Made by a program: the position numbers and the translations under genes
Source of the DNA: Candidatus Thermosaccharophagus tengchongensis
GTDB lineage: Bacteria > Armatimonadota > Fervidibacteria > Fervidibacterales > Thermosaccharophagaceae
DNA length: 64,000 nt
Assembly: GCA_032161105.1 (NCBI GenBank)
Contig: JAVHTD010000014.1
Strand: one strand, 5' to 3'
Part shown: one piece after another, positions 50,520 to 61,576 of the stretch
Layout of the letters: every line of letters starts with the position of its first letter
How positions within the stretch are numbered: the first letter of the stretch is position 1
Notes under the pieces: generated by a model
The model's input: the letters and a program-made list of their open reading frames with translations, nothing else
What the model was told of the DNA's origin: nothing
Database searches by the model: none

Positions 50520-51575
50520 TCAGGCTTCAATGGTCACTATTTTGCGCACCCAAATGAACCCAATAACCTGCATTATGAAGGCAATTAATAGCATCCATCT
50601 TCCCGGGGTGGTTGTGAAAAGTGGCGTAAGCCATGGCTCAGCACCGGGCACCATGAATGATGGCAGACCGTTTGCGATTAGACCGAAGATGACAGGCAAC
50701 AGCGCAAGCCCAAATGCTGTAAACCTTCCCTGAGTGGTTATGATTCGTATCTCACCCTTGACACGCAATCTTTCCCGTATCGTGTTTGCGATTATGTCAA
50801 TTATGTCGGCAAGCCCTCCGCCAGTTTCCCGCTGTATTAACACCGATGTAGCGAGCAGCTCCGCTTCAAGCGTTCCGACCCTGTCGGAGAAATTGTTGAG
50901 CGCCCTTTCAAGTGGGACACCCATCTCAATCTCCTGATGAAGCCTTTGGAACTCCTCCGATATGGGTGGCATCCCTTGCTGTGCCACCATCTCAACAGTT
51001 TGAAGGAAACCCATGCCCGCTCTCAGTCCGTTAGCCATAAGCATCAATGTATTGGGCAGGTGACGCTCAAACTCCCTTTGCCAATGAGCCTGTAAAAGCC
51101 GCAGATATATGAACGGGAGCGTAAGAGCAAATCCCCCCACGGAAAACGATAAGGCTACACGCCACAACATCGGTATCGGTCTATTCGGTGTTGAGAAACG
51201 CGACAGGATGAGGTTGATCGCTATGATTGTGATGCACATGAGGACTAAGCTCGCATATACAAGCTCTGCGGCACGCCAGTTTGAGCGAGCCCTCTTGAGC
51301 TCTCGCTCAAGCCTGTTGAATAACTCAACGGTTGATAGCAAGCGGGCGAATGTCGGCAACAGCTGAGCTTGCCTTGGTGCTTGTGCTGCTGCCCACGGCT
51401 CCTGTCTTTCCTCAACCAGCAACTCACGCTCTATCGCTGTCCTGCGGCGCATTATCGCTTCAAGGCGAGCCTCAGCTGGCGACCTCGGCGTGGCAAATGT
51501 CTGGTAGATGCCGATGATGAAAGTCACCGCCCATGTCAACCCGAGCACGATGAGCAGTATGCCCCATATATCCAT
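50520..51575 (-). CDS. tadB: Tad secretion membrane platform protein TadB
   Basis: LP-x-x-L-x-LMANGLRAG, PISEEF, IQRETGGGLA, TIRER, TTQGR. Confidence 0.9.
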   Translation of the reverse strand: MDIWGILLIVLGLTWAVTFIIGIYQTFATPRSPAEARLEAIMRRRTAIERELLVEERQEPWAAAQAPRQAQLLPTFARLLSTVELFNRLERELKRARSNWRAAELVYASLVLMCITIIAINLILSRFSTPNRPIPMLWRVALSFSVGGFALTLPFIYLRLLQAHWQREFERHLPNTLMLMANGLRAGMGFLQTVEMVAQQGMPPISEEFQRLHQEIEMGVPLERALNNFSDRVGTLEAELLATSVLIQRETGGGLADIIDIIANTIRERLRVKGEIRIITTQGRFTAFGLALLPVIFGLIANGLPSFMVPGAEPWLTPLFTTTPGRWMLLIAFIMQVIGFIWVRKIVTIEA

Positions 51576-51581
51576 TCGGCA

Positions 51582-53546
51582 TCACCTTTGGAAGATTGTG
51601 AGCGGGAGGCGTATCCCGGCGCTGACTATCCTATCGTAGCATCTTGGTCTCAAGCCTGTTGCCCTCAGCCTGCCTTTGACTCGTCCCATCTCGTCAATGC
51701 CTTCCTGCTCAAAGACGAAGAGGTCTTGCATAGTTATGACATCGCCTTCCATCCCCACGATTTCGGTGATGTAAACGATGCGCCTTGAGCCATCCCTTAA
51801 CCTCGCCTGATGAACGACAATGTCAATTGCTCCGGCTATCTGTTCCCTTATGGCTCTAATTGGCAGGTCAACCCCAGCCATGAGCACCATCGTTTCAAGG
51901 CGTGAGAGCATTTCCCTCGGGCTGTTTGCGTGTATTGTGCACATTGAACCTTCGTGACCTGTGTTCATGGCTTGAAGCATGTCCAGAGCCTCAGGACCGC
52001 GCACCTCACCGACGATTATCCTATCGGGACGCATCCTGAGAGCGTTCCTGACAAGCTGCCTTATGGTTATCTCACCTTCACCTTCAATGTTTGGCGGGCG
52101 CGCTTCAAGCCTGACCACATGTTCTTGACGGAGCTGCAGCTCGGCTGAGTCTTCAATGGTGATGATTCGCTCATTGTGTGAGATGAACGATGATAGGACA
52201 TTCAAAGTCGTCGTCTTACCGGAGGCGGTTCCGCCGGACACCATGATGCTGAGTCTCGCCTGAACGGCAGCTTGAAGGAATTGTGCAGCCTCGGGTGTTA
52301 TCGTGCCCATGTTGATCAAGTCTGTCATCGTAAATGGATCCCTTGCGAACTTTCGTATCGTGATGCAGGGTCCGTTTAACGCTATCGGCGGTATGACTGC
52401 ATTCACTCGCGAGCCATCCGGAAGGCGCGCATCAACCATTGGACAACGCTCATCAATCCTCCTGCCAATCGGTGCGACTATCTTCTCTATGATGCGCATA
52501 ACATGCTCATCGTCACGGAACTTGATGTCGGTCAATTCAAGCCTCCCGCGAATTTCAACGAAGACCTGATGCGGACCGTTGACCATTATTTCGGTTATCT
52601 CCGGGTTATGCAAAAGCGGCTCTAACGGTCCATAGCCGGTTAGCTCATTCAGTATCTCAACATGAAGTTGGCTGCGCTCAGCCCTGGATAGGACGATGTT
52701 TTGCTCTTGCGCTTCAAGGTCAATGAATTGCTCAACAAGTTGAGTTAAGCGTTCTCTCTGTTCTGGCGCATACACTTCCTGATCAAGCTCCCTCATCACC
52801 CTCTCCATTACTCGGTCGCGCAGGGCGACCAATGGAGTTCGCCTTGCTTGCTCCCTCTGACGCTCCTGCTCAAGCAGCACGAATGGATTTTCTGGACCTT
52901 TGTCAATTGTGAGCGTTGGACCTCTCGCTGATAGCGGTGGTATCTTTGCTCTCACTCTGCCACCGCCCGGTAATGCCTTATCAAGCATTGGCACCTTGCG
53001 GTCTATGCGTGAGCCAACAAGGCGAGCGATCTTTTCAATGATGCGCAACAAGTGTTGGTCATCCTTGAAGCGCTTTGGTGTGCGCTCAACAGCGCCCATG
53101 CGTTCAACGAACACTTCGTTGGGCGAGTTGACGATTATTTTGGTGACGGTTCGGTCATCAAGAAATTGCTGTATCGGTCCAAACCCGAATATCTCGTTGA
53201 TGAAGTCCTCTACAAGCGTGTTGCGCTCGTGCCTTGTGGCAAGCGTCCCCATATCAGCAAGCAGCCTCTGAATGAGCTCTTCAAGCTTCATCCTCGTTTG
53301 GGCGATGTGAGCCTCAGTCGCCGGCAGTTCATTCGGAAACTCGCGCATCACTGCATCGTATATTGCATGCTTGAGTTGGTAATGTCGTTCATCCGTTTCA
53401 ACGGCGACCGGCTCTGCAGCTGCAGTTGTGCTTGGTGGCGCAGCGGTTGTCGCCCCAGCTTGTGAAGTCGCCCTTGAAGTGGTATCCTCAGACGGTGCTT
53501 CAACACCCTTGCGGATCTTCTCAAGCCTTTCAAGTAATGACATCAA
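51582..53546 (-). CDS. tadA: Tad pilus assembly ATPase TadA/CpaF with duplicated N-terminal domain
   Basis: [39 protein letters not shown]-x-GS-x-x-TIHAN; two copies of the GPL/EIMVN/DARLP domain. Confidence 0.93.
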   Translation of the reverse strand: MMSLLERLEKIRKGVEAPSEDTTSRATSQAGATTAAPPSTTAAAEPVAVETDERHYQLKHAIYDAVMREFPNELPATEAHIAQTRMKLEELIQRLLADMGTLATRHERNTLVEDFINEIFGFGPIQQFLDDRTVTKIIVNSPNEVFVERMGAVERTPKRFKDDQHLLRIIEKIARLVGSRIDRKVPMLDKALPGGGRVRAKIPPLSARGPTLTIDKGPENPFVLLEQERQREQARRTPLVALRDRVMERVMRELDQEVYAPEQRERLTQLVEQFIDLEAQEQNIVLSRAERSQLHVEILNELTGYGPLEPLLHNPEITEIMVNGPHQVFVEIRGRLELTDIKFRDDEHVMRIIEKIVAPIGRRIDERCPMVDARLPDGSRVNAVIPPIALNGPCITIRKFARDPFTMTDLINMGTITPEAAQFLQAAVQARLSIMVSGGTASGKTTTLNVLSSFISHNERIITIEDSAELQLRQEHVVRLEARPPNIEGEGEITIRQLVRNALRMRPDRIIVGEVRGPEALDMLQAMNTGHEGSMCTIHANSPREMLSRLETMVLMAGVDLPIRAIREQIAGAIDIVVHQARLRDGSRRIVYITEIVGMEGDVITMQDLFVFEQEGIDEMGRVKGRLRATGLRPRCYDRIVSAGIRLPLTIFQR

Positions 53547-53769
53547 GCATCTACCTCCTCATGAAGACGGCTTTGGGTTAACTGACAATTTCAACCGGCT
53601 TCATATTTCAGTTTACTCCGGTTAGCAAAAAAATGCGAGCCCAAAGCGCGCTCAATGTTTGTGCGCTACCATTGAGAGGGGAATTGCAGCAGCCCTCAGT
53701 CATGCTTTGCGAGTTATGCGGGGGAGTTTTTTCTCTGCGCTCTCCTCATGGTCAGGAAGGTGGTATGAG

Positions 53770-55071
53770 ATGCACAGTGATGCGGTGGTCAAGCTGTTGC
53801 ACACGGACCCACAAGTGTTTGAAGCCATCGTCAGGGAGATGGAACGGCAGAATGAGGTGTTGAACCTCATTGCATCCGAGAATTACGCGAGTGAGGCTGT
53901 GCTGTTGGCGTGCGGACAGCCAATGAGCAACAAGTATGCCGAGGGTTATCCAGCAAGCCGATACTATGCCGGATGCGAGCATGTGGACGAAGTTGAGAGG
54001 CTCGCTGTGGAGAGAGCAAAACAGCTTTTCGGGGCAGAGCATGCCAATGTTCAACCGCATTCAGGGACACAGGCTAACATGGCTGTCTACTTTGCCACCT
54101 TAAAGCCGGGCGATGTGATACTTTCAATGCGCCTTGACCACGGTGGTCACCTTTCTCATGGCGCTAAGGTGAATTTCTCGGGACAGCTGTTTAAGGTCGT
54201 CCATTATGGAGTGAGGCGGGATACGGAGACGATTGATTACGATGATGTTGCGAGAAAGGCTAAGGAGTTCAAGCCGAAGCTGATCATCACCGGCTATTCC
54301 TCATACACGCGCGCCATTGACTTTGCCACCTTCAGAGAGATATGCGATGATGTGGGCGCATACTTGCTCGCCGACATAGCACACATTGCTGGCTTGGTCG
54401 CCGCCGGAGTCCATCCATCACCATTGCCGCATGCTCAGTTCGTCACATTGACGACGCACAAGACATTGCGCGGTCCAAGGGGCGGTCTGATACTTTGCGA
54501 GGGGAGATTCGCCGAGTCAATTGACAAGGCTGTATTCCCGATCGTGCAAGGCGGACCGATGATGCACATAATCGCTGCTAAGGCAGTTTGTCTCAGGGAG
54601 GCAATGACGCAACGCTTCAAAGAGGAGCAGCGTCAAACCGTTGAGAATGCAAGAGCACTCGCTGAGGAGTTGCAAAGGCAAGGTCTCAAGCTTGTAAGCG
54701 GCGGCACGGATAATCACATGGTGCTCGTTGACTTGCGCTCTCTCTCAATCACTGGCATGGATGCAGAGAGATGGCTTAGTGAGGCTGGCATCATCGTCAA
54801 CAGGAACTCAATACCGTTTGATGAGCAGCCTCCCAACATTACGAGCGGCATACGAATTGGAACAGCTGCAGTCACAACAAGGGGAATGCGGACAGAGCAC
54901 ATGCGGCTAATTGGAAGATGGATAGCGATGGTGTTGCGTGAGCCAACTGAGACCGTCATTAAAGATGTGCGCTCGCAAGTTAAAGAGCTGTGCAATTCGT
55001 TTCCGGTTTACGCTGACTGGATTGAGCTGATGCGAAAGGTAAGCCTAAAGGCTGGGGTCGGTGGGACTTAG
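53770..55071 (+). CDS. glyA: Serine hydroxymethyltransferase
   Basis: [47 protein letters not shown]. Confidence 0.97.
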   Translation: MHSDAVVKLLHTDPQVFEAIVREMERQNEVLNLIASENYASEAVLLACGQPMSNKYAEGYPASRYYAGCEHVDEVERLAVERAKQLFGAEHANVQPHSGTQANMAVYFATLKPGDVILSMRLDHGGHLSHGAKVNFSGQLFKVVHYGVRRDTETIDYDDVARKAKEFKPKLIITGYSSYTRAIDFATFREICDDVGAYLLADIAHIAGLVAAGVHPSPLPHAQFVTLTTHKTLRGPRGGLILCEGRFAESIDKAVFPIVQGGPMMHIIAAKAVCLREAMTQRFKEEQRQTVENARALAEELQRQGLKLVSGGTDNHMVLVDLRSLSITGMDAERWLSEAGIIVNRNSIPFDEQPPNITSGIRIGTAAVTTRGMRTEHMRLIGRWIAMVLREPTETVIKDVRSQVKELCNSFPVYADWIELMRKVSLKAGVGGT

Positions 55072-55161
55072 GTGTGAGGCATCAAAGCGCTTTGCGGGCT
55101 ATGGCGAGCATCAGTTCGGTTTGCTTTCCGAGCGCATCCATCAATGCGAAGCGGTGTGGTG

Positions 55162-56124
55162 ATGAAGGTGCTTTCAAAGGATGAGCTCCTTTCATACCTC
55201 CGCAAGATGTGGCTCATACGCTTCTTTGAGATGGCGCTTGACGAGCTCTTTGGAAAGGGCTTGATCATGGGCACATCTCACTTTTGTGCCGGTCAGGAAG
55301 CGGTGGCAGTTGGCGCATGTGCTGCTCTACGCCCGGATGATGCTGTGACGAGCAATCACCGCGGACATGGTCACTTCATCGCCAAGGGTGGAGACCCAAA
55401 GCGCATCATGGCTGAGATATTCGGCAGGGGCACCGGCTATGTTGGCGGGCGCGGTGGCAGCCAGCATATGGCATGCTTTGAAATCGGCTTTGTCGGTTCA
55501 AATGGAATAACTGGTGGTGGCATACCAATTGCAACTGGTGTGGCTCTCGCATTCAAGCTCCGTGGCTTAGACAGGGTTGCCCTTTGCTTCTTCGGTGATG
55601 GCGCTGCCAACACGGGCTACTTCCACGAATCACTTAACATGGCTTCCATATGGAAGTTGCCGGTCATCTACCTTTGCGAGAACAACCTTTATGCGATGTC
55701 AACGCCGTTTGATTACGCCTTCCCAGTTGAGGATGTTGCGGCGAGGGCGGCTGCATACGGCATACCGAGCAGGATTGTTGATGGCAACGATGTGCTCGCC
55801 GTTAGAGATGCCGTTAAGGAGGCTGCCGATAGAGCGCGTTCTGGCTATGGTCCGATGTTGATTGAGGCAAAGACATATCGCTACTATGGGCACTCAAAAT
55901 CCGACTACCGTGAGTATCGCACACGAGACGAGGAGCTGGACTGGCAGAGGAGAGACCCGATAGTTCGTTTTGAGCGTTTCCTTCTGAGCAACGGCATAGC
56001 GGCGAGTGAGGAGATTGATGAAATACGCAGGTCTGCAAGGGCTGAAATTGACGAAGCTGTTGCATTTGCCGAGGCGAGTCCAGAGCCGGACGAGAGATTC
56101 GTCACTTACGGTGTGTTTGCTTAA
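55162..56124 (+). CDS. TPP-dependent 2-oxoacid/acetoin dehydrogenase E1 alpha subunit
   Basis: GQEA, HRGHGH, GRGGSQH, GDGA...ENN, TYRYYGHS. Confidence 0.92.
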   Translation: MKVLSKDELLSYLRKMWLIRFFEMALDELFGKGLIMGTSHFCAGQEAVAVGACAALRPDDAVTSNHRGHGHFIAKGGDPKRIMAEIFGRGTGYVGGRGGSQHMACFEIGFVGSNGITGGGIPIATGVALAFKLRGLDRVALCFFGDGAANTGYFHESLNMASIWKLPVIYLCENNLYAMSTPFDYAFPVEDVAARAAAYGIPSRIVDGNDVLAVRDAVKEAADRARSGYGPMLIEAKTYRYYGHSKSDYREYRTRDEELDWQRRDPIVRFERFLLSNGIAASEEIDEIRRSARAEIDEAVAFAEASPEPDERFVTYGVFA

Positions 56125-56141
56125 CGGAGGCGCAACGACAG

Positions 56142-57179
56142 ATGCATCAACAGACAAAAGCAAAAATGGATGGCTCAGCTGATCGGGAAGGTGAGAGGAG
56201 GGAGATTTACTTCAGCTGGGCGATAAGAGAGGCGCTTGAACAAGAGATGGAAATGGATTCATCGGTCATCCTCATCGGCGAGGACATAGCCGTCTATGGG
56301 GGCGCATTCAGAATCACGAAGGGGTTAGTTGAAAAGTTCGGACCACACAGGGTTATTGACACGCCCATATCCGAAAACAGCTTTGTCGGGATAGCAGTTG
56401 GCGCAGCGCTCGCTGGGCTTCGCCCAGTTGTTGAGATCATGTTCATGGACTTCATTACGCTCGCTATGGACGCAATCGTTAATCACGCAGCCAACTTCCG
56501 ATATGTCTATGGTGAGCAGGCTAAAGTCCCAATAGTCATCAGGTGCCCAGCTGGTGGCGGGAGGGCATACGGTGCCACACATTCAAAGACGCTTGAGGCG
56601 TGGTTCATGCATACTCCCGGAGTTAAAGTTGTAGTTCCATCAACGCCTTACGACGCGAAGGGCTTGCTCATAAGCTCCATCCGAGATGACAATCCGGTCA
56701 TCTTCATTGAGAGCAAGCTGCTATACAGCCTTCGCGGGCATGTCCCGAGTGAACCTTATACAGTCCCACTGGGTAAAGCAAGGGTGGCGAGGGACGGGAG
56801 TGACATCACACTCATAAGCTATGGGAGAATGGTGCAGGAGTGCGAAAAGGCTGCTGATATGCTTCTTGAAGACGGCGTCAGCGCCGAGGTGCTTGACTTG
56901 AGGACGCTCTCACCAATTGATGAAGAGGCTATAGCAAAGTCGGTTGCAAAGACGGGCAGGGCGGTTGTCGTCGCTGAGGATAACAGGACTGCCGGGGCAA
57001 GCGCAGAGATAGCGTGTCGTGTCGTTGAAAACTGCTTTGAGTATCTTGATGCGCCAGTTAAACGAGTTGCTGCTGAGGATGTGCCCATTCCGTGTGCTCC
57101 AAATCTTGAAAGAGCCATACTTCCAAATGCGCTCAAGATTTATGAGGCTGCAAAGTCATTGCTCGACTGGGGAAAGTGA
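56142..57179 (+). CDS. 2-oxoacid/acetoin dehydrogenase E1 beta subunit
   Basis: GEDI...GGAF, DTPISE, GLRPVVEIMFMDF, HS, DLRTL. Confidence 0.92.
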   Translation: MHQQTKAKMDGSADREGERREIYFSWAIREALEQEMEMDSSVILIGEDIAVYGGAFRITKGLVEKFGPHRVIDTPISENSFVGIAVGAALAGLRPVVEIMFMDFITLAMDAIVNHAANFRYVYGEQAKVPIVIRCPAGGGRAYGATHSKTLEAWFMHTPGVKVVVPSTPYDAKGLLISSIRDDNPVIFIESKLLYSLRGHVPSEPYTVPLGKARVARDGSDITLISYGRMVQECEKAADMLLEDGVSAEVLDLRTLSPIDEEAIAKSVAKTGRAVVVAEDNRTAGASAEIACRVVENCFEYLDAPVKRVAAEDVPIPCAPNLERAILPNALKIYEAAKSLLDWGK

Positions 57180-57438
57180 GATTGAAGGGCAACTCATGGG
57201 TGGCGGGAAAGGGCGAGACCTTAGGTGAAGATGCTTCAGCACATTGGTTGAGTTATGGCGTTACGCTGCCACATGTTGAGCGGTTCATAAGCCACTGCTG
57301 TAATCAAGCTCCATGGTCCCTGCTAACCTGCGCATGTGCTCCCATGTTAAGCACCGCTAACTTGGTGCAAAATTCTAAGTGGCGCTCCCAGCCGGCGCAT
57401 GATTTCGGTTGTAGCACCGCATAACTCCATCCATCGGG

Positions 57439-57942
57439 GTGAAGCGCATGGTTGGATGGTTTGCTGAATGGATTAAGCGTTTGTTTGGCATGTCCAGGGT
57501 TGAGCAGACGCCGTCCTGTGAGGGAAGGGAAAGCGAGACCGATGTGGGAACACAGGCTGAGCATGTTCGGGCAGCTGACGAAAGCACTGCAATTGAGCCA
57601 TCCGACAGGGTTATGGGTGCAGCGGAAGCTTATCTGGAGCTTGTTGGCGGTGAAGGTAAGCTCATCCCCATCAAAGGTGAGACGATGACGATTGGCACTG
57701 GCGAGGGGTGCGATTTGCGCATTGATGAGGGTTACCCGCACCATGAGTCGGTGAGTGAACTCCATGCCCAGATAGAGCGTTGGCGTGACATGTGGCTTAT
57801 AAAAGACCTCACTGGAAAGGGCGTGTTTATCAACGGGAGGCGCACCGGAGAAAACGCTCTTTATGATGGCTATCGCATACGGTTGGGCGAGCTTGAGTTT
57901 GTATTTCGCGAGGCTTTGATTCAACCGAGGCGAACTGATTGA
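57439..57942 (+). CDS. FHA-like domain protein
   Basis: TIG...CDL-x-I...VS-x-x-HA-x-I...IKDL...GVFING...L-x-DG-x-x-IRLG. Confidence 0.75.
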   Translation: MKRMVGWFAEWIKRLFGMSRVEQTPSCEGRESETDVGTQAEHVRAADESTAIEPSDRVMGAAEAYLELVGGEGKLIPIKGETMTIGTGEGCDLRIDEGYPHHESVSELHAQIERWRDMWLIKDLTGKGVFINGRRTGENALYDGYRIRLGELEFVFREALIQPRRTD

Positions 57943-58006
57943 GCGGCGCTTTGAGGGATGACAGTTTGTTGATGGGCTTGCTCACCCGAGTTTTTCAAAG
58001 GGTGTA

Positions 58007-59614
58007 ATGAGCATGCAAATGTGTCCGGAATGCAGTGCTGACAATTCTGAGCGAGCACGATTCTGCATTCGTTGTGGCGCGCCACTTCGTGGCTTACTTG
58101 GCTTTGGGACGGTGCTCAAGGGGCGATATAAGGTCGTGCGTGTTCTCGGATGTGGTGGCATGGGTGCGGTTTACCTCGCCTTTGATGCGAGAGCCAATGA
58201 CGCACCGGTGGCTGTCAAAGAAAACCTTGATGACTCACCGGAGGCGCAGCAGCAGTTTGATAGTGAGGCGAGGATACTCATGAGGTTGCGCCACCCAAAC
58301 CTGCCGCAAGTTAGGGATTACTTCGTTGAGCGCAACGGCAGGCGGTATATAGTGATGGACTTCATCGCCGGCGAGGATTTGGAAACAATCGTTCGTGTGC
58401 ATGGTCCTTTACCCGTGCAGAAGGTGCTTTACATCGCCGATAGAATAGCTGGCGCCGTTGAATACCTACATGAGCAGGATCCACCAGTCATACATCGCGA
58501 CATTAAGCCATCCAACATAAAGTTGACCCCGAATGGTGAACCCGTGCTCGTTGATTTTGGGATTGCCAAGTTCTATCGTCCGGGGCAACGGACGGTTGCC
58601 GGTGCAAGGGCTGTTTCACCCGGCTTCTCTCCAGTTGAGCAGTATGGGCATGGGACGACAGACCAGCGCAGCGACATTTATGCGTTCGGCGCAACACTTT
58701 ACTACATCCTGACCGGTGTGGTTCCACCTGAAGCCATTGAGCGTGCTGCCGGAGCAACCGATAAGCTCATCCCGGTGCGGTCAATAAACCCGAATGTCCC
58801 ACCGCATGTTGATAAAGCGATATGGATGGCAATGCGAGTCCGCCCGGATGAGCGCATCAAAAGCATGCGTGAGTTTAGGCTTGCATTGCAAGGGAAGCTG
58901 CCGCTCAAAATCTCACCACCGAAGGCAGCTGCCTCACAGCGTGCTCACAGGGCGGCACAAAGCCACCAAGTGGGGCAGGTTGGTCAACCCCCAGTTGGAG
59001 CGAGTCAACCACAAGTTCATCAGCGAGCTCAACCGCAAGCTCATCAACGACCCCAACCGCAACCAGTTCCCTCACAGGGCGCACAACAACAGTTGCAAGA
59101 TGTCTATCCAATCGGCATCCCGAAAGAAGTGCTTTCAGTTGGTCCTCCAGCCAACCAATATGTTCGCATTGCGGCTTTCATAGTTGACCTCGCCGTGCTC
59201 ATACCAACCCTGTATGTCGTCGCAATCGGGACATGGGGACTTGGTTGTATCGTCATGAGCGGAATTTACGGTCCGGAGAACTTTGTCATCAACGAGGCTG
59301 GCTTTGCACCCTACGCGTGGAGGGTTGTGATTGGCGGTTTCCTGCTATACCGCTTTTTATCGCATTGGTGGTGGGGTCAGACTATGGGGAAGTCGCTCTT
59401 CAAATTGCGCATTGTCACCGAAAGTGGCGCTCATCCGTCTTTCCTTCGGATTCTGGTGAGGGAGATTGCTTTTGCGCTATCGGCGCTTCCTTGCATGCTC
59501 ATCAGCATCGCCGTGCTTGCCTTGACCCCGACGAAACAAAGCCTGCATGATGTATTCGTCAACACATTCGTTGTGCATTATGAGGGCGACGAAGAGGAGG
59601 AAGATAATTTGTGA
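58007..59614 (+). CDS. Ser/Thr protein kinase with N-terminal zinc ribbon and C-terminal RDD domain
   Basis: CPEC...CIRC; LGCGGMGAVY, VAVKE, HRDIKPSN, DFG, SPVEQ; Gln/Pro linker; RIAAFIVD...GQTMGK...SLHD. Confidence 0.9.
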   Translation: MSMQMCPECSADNSERARFCIRCGAPLRGLLGFGTVLKGRYKVVRVLGCGGMGAVYLAFDARANDAPVAVKENLDDSPEAQQQFDSEARILMRLRHPNLPQVRDYFVERNGRRYIVMDFIAGEDLETIVRVHGPLPVQKVLYIADRIAGAVEYLHEQDPPVIHRDIKPSNIKLTPNGEPVLVDFGIAKFYRPGQRTVAGARAVSPGFSPVEQYGHGTTDQRSDIYAFGATLYYILTGVVPPEAIERAAGATDKLIPVRSINPNVPPHVDKAIWMAMRVRPDERIKSMREFRLALQGKLPLKISPPKAAASQRAHRAAQSHQVGQVGQPPVGASQPQVHQRAQPQAHQRPQPQPVPSQGAQQQLQDVYPIGIPKEVLSVGPPANQYVRIAAFIVDLAVLIPTLYVVAIGTWGLGCIVMSGIYGPENFVINEAGFAPYAWRVVIGGFLLYRFLSHWWWGQTMGKSLFKLRIVTESGAHPSFLRILVREIAFALSALPCMLISIAVLALTPTKQSLHDVFVNTFVVHYEGDEEEEDNL

Positions 59615-59651
59615 AAGGCTGCTGCTATGAGCTCGGGGGTTGTGCTAAAAT

Positions 59652-60911
59652 TCAAGGCGCAGCAGGTGGGAGCGTTATACTCACAGTGGTGCCGGCATTT
59701 GGCTCACTCTCAATGTGAATTAAACCGCCATGTTGGCGAATGATTGCCTCGGCAATGGTCAACCCTATCCCGAGTCTCCTTTCCCCCTTTGTGGTGAAGA
59801 AGGGCTCTTTTGCGCGGCTTAAGACGAACTCATCCATACCGACACCGTTGTCGCTTATCTCAACTTGGACTCTGTCAAATTTGACCCCGGTGCGCACACT
59901 GAGCTTGCCGCCGTGTGGCATCATTGCCTCAATTGCGTTGAGGATGATTTCGCAGAGTGCCTCTGTGAGTCTCTCTGGATCACCGTGGACATTTGGTGTT
60001 GGTGTGAGTTCAATTTCTCTCTTCAAATTGCGCATCGCCATGCCTCTCAATGTCGCATGCTCCATCGCCATTGATAGTGCCCTTAAAGCAATCTCATTGA
60101 TGTCAACCAATGGCAAATCCCTCAGCCTGAGTCCTGCGTGGGCTTCAAATAGCGCCAATCGCAACGCCTTTGCGATATCCTTGCACGCATCACGAATGGA
60201 CTCAAATAGCTTTCGCGCTCGCTCTTCAGTCACATCAAGCAGCCCCATTTCGGCGCTGCCCATTACTTTCATGAGCAAGTTGGAGAAGTGATGACCAATG
60301 TCTTCCATCAGCTTGGCTGCTATGCGAATCCTTTCCGACGAGAGTATGCGCTGCTCCGCAGCTTTAAGGCGTTCAAGCGCTTTGCGCGTCTCGCAAAGGG
60401 CGATGTGGTTTTTGTAAGCAGTGGCAATCCACCTTGCCACCCTTGATATGGTTAAAAGTTCCTCGTCAGAGAAGTCCCTTTCGCAATCGTAGTAGCAGGT
60501 GAGTATTCCGATGACATTATCATCCGCTATCATCGGCATGCACACGCAGCTCTTGAAGCCTTCCATCTGCATCCTCTTTCTGCGCCTTTCCGGGATGCGT
60601 GCATCACTGACGAAATCATGCACGATTAACGGCTTGCACTCATGGACGATCTCGGAAACGAGCATATCAATCCTGATGGGGTGCTCTCTCGCCTCTGGCT
60701 TTTTGTAACCATATCCCACGCCAACGCTCAAAAACTCCCCCTCAACGAGCCTTATTGAGCCGGCAACTGCATTAACTGCTCGCACGCTTGCCTTGCATGC
60801 TTCCGTGAGTAGATCCTTTGGCAGCTCATATTGCATCAAATTGATGCACGCATCCACTACCTGAGCAAGTTGTTCAAGCTTGTCCGAACCCGCCTCTTGC
60901 ATGGCTTTCAC
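59652..60911 (-). CDS. GAF-domain sensor histidine kinase
   Basis: GAF (CMPM...IGIL...F-x-x-EE); H-box GHHFSNLL; NAIEAM, DNGVGM, FFTTK, GIGL. Confidence 0.88.
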   Translation of the reverse strand: MKAMQEAGSDKLEQLAQVVDACINLMQYELPKDLLTEACKASVRAVNAVAGSIRLVEGEFLSVGVGYGYKKPEAREHPIRIDMLVSEIVHECKPLIVHDFVSDARIPERRRKRMQMEGFKSCVCMPMIADDNVIGILTCYYDCERDFSDEELLTISRVARWIATAYKNHIALCETRKALERLKAAEQRILSSERIRIAAKLMEDIGHHFSNLLMKVMGSAEMGLLDVTEERARKLFESIRDACKDIAKALRLALFEAHAGLRLRDLPLVDINEIALRALSMAMEHATLRGMAMRNLKREIELTPTPNVHGDPERLTEALCEIILNAIEAMMPHGGKLSVRTGVKFDRVQVEISDNGVGMDEFVLSRAKEPFFTTKGERRLGIGLTIAEAIIRQHGGLIHIESEPNAGTTVSITLPPAAP

Positions 60912-60985
60912 CCCGATGCGTTAATCCAAATGGCATACTTAAAGTGATCACAGCACCAATGTGAAAGCATTCAGGATGGTGAGAT

Positions 60986-61486
60986 ATGGACACGCAACCG
61001 AAACACAAAGGGCGCTCATTGCGCTGCCCGCGTTGCCAACTGGCATTCACTATCTCAACGACACCCGTTCGTTGCCCGCGCTGCGGTTACCTTGTCCCTA
61101 ACGGATTTGTGGAAGCTCAATCCGGGTGCCTTACAAACTTCGGCATCAGCTTAGCCATGGGCATCGGCTGTGCATTATGGGCAGGTGCATTTCTGATTGC
61201 GACCTTAGCACATCAGCGCCACCTGTCCGTCAGTGAAGCATTCTCGTTCATGGCGATCGGCTTCGTTAGCGGCGTTATCGTCGGTTGGGTGACAGCTGTC
61301 ACTGTGCAGCGTATTGTTGCCGAAAAGTTAACCCTCTATGTCTGCTCCACTGGCGCAGTGGCACTCATCACCGCTGCTTTAGGGGCGCCAGCCTTAATCG
61401 TTATCCTCAGCGCTATTGCCATCGGTTTCCCAGTGGGAATGCTTTTATGGCGTTTCATCAACGCCTACATTGCGTGTCAGGCATGA
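60986..61486 (+). CDS. Zinc-ribbon membrane protein
   Basis: CPRC...CPRC followed by ~4 TM helices. Confidence 0.65.
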   Translation: MDTQPKHKGRSLRCPRCQLAFTISTTPVRCPRCGYLVPNGFVEAQSGCLTNFGISLAMGIGCALWAGAFLIATLAHQRHLSVSEAFSFMAIGFVSGVIVGWVTAVTVQRIVAEKLTLYVCSTGAVALITAALGAPALIVILSAIAIGFPVGMLLWRFINAYIACQA

Positions 61487-61576
61487 CATCATATCAACAC
61501 CATCGTTGCCCAATTAAGCCACATCTCTTTTGCTCCGAAACACCGTTGCATCAACATGCGCCCTTTTAACCCAGCG

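Noticed and set aside
57304..57924. 206-aa minus-strand ORF
   Set aside because: Overlaps the FHA gene antisense and has no recognisable features.
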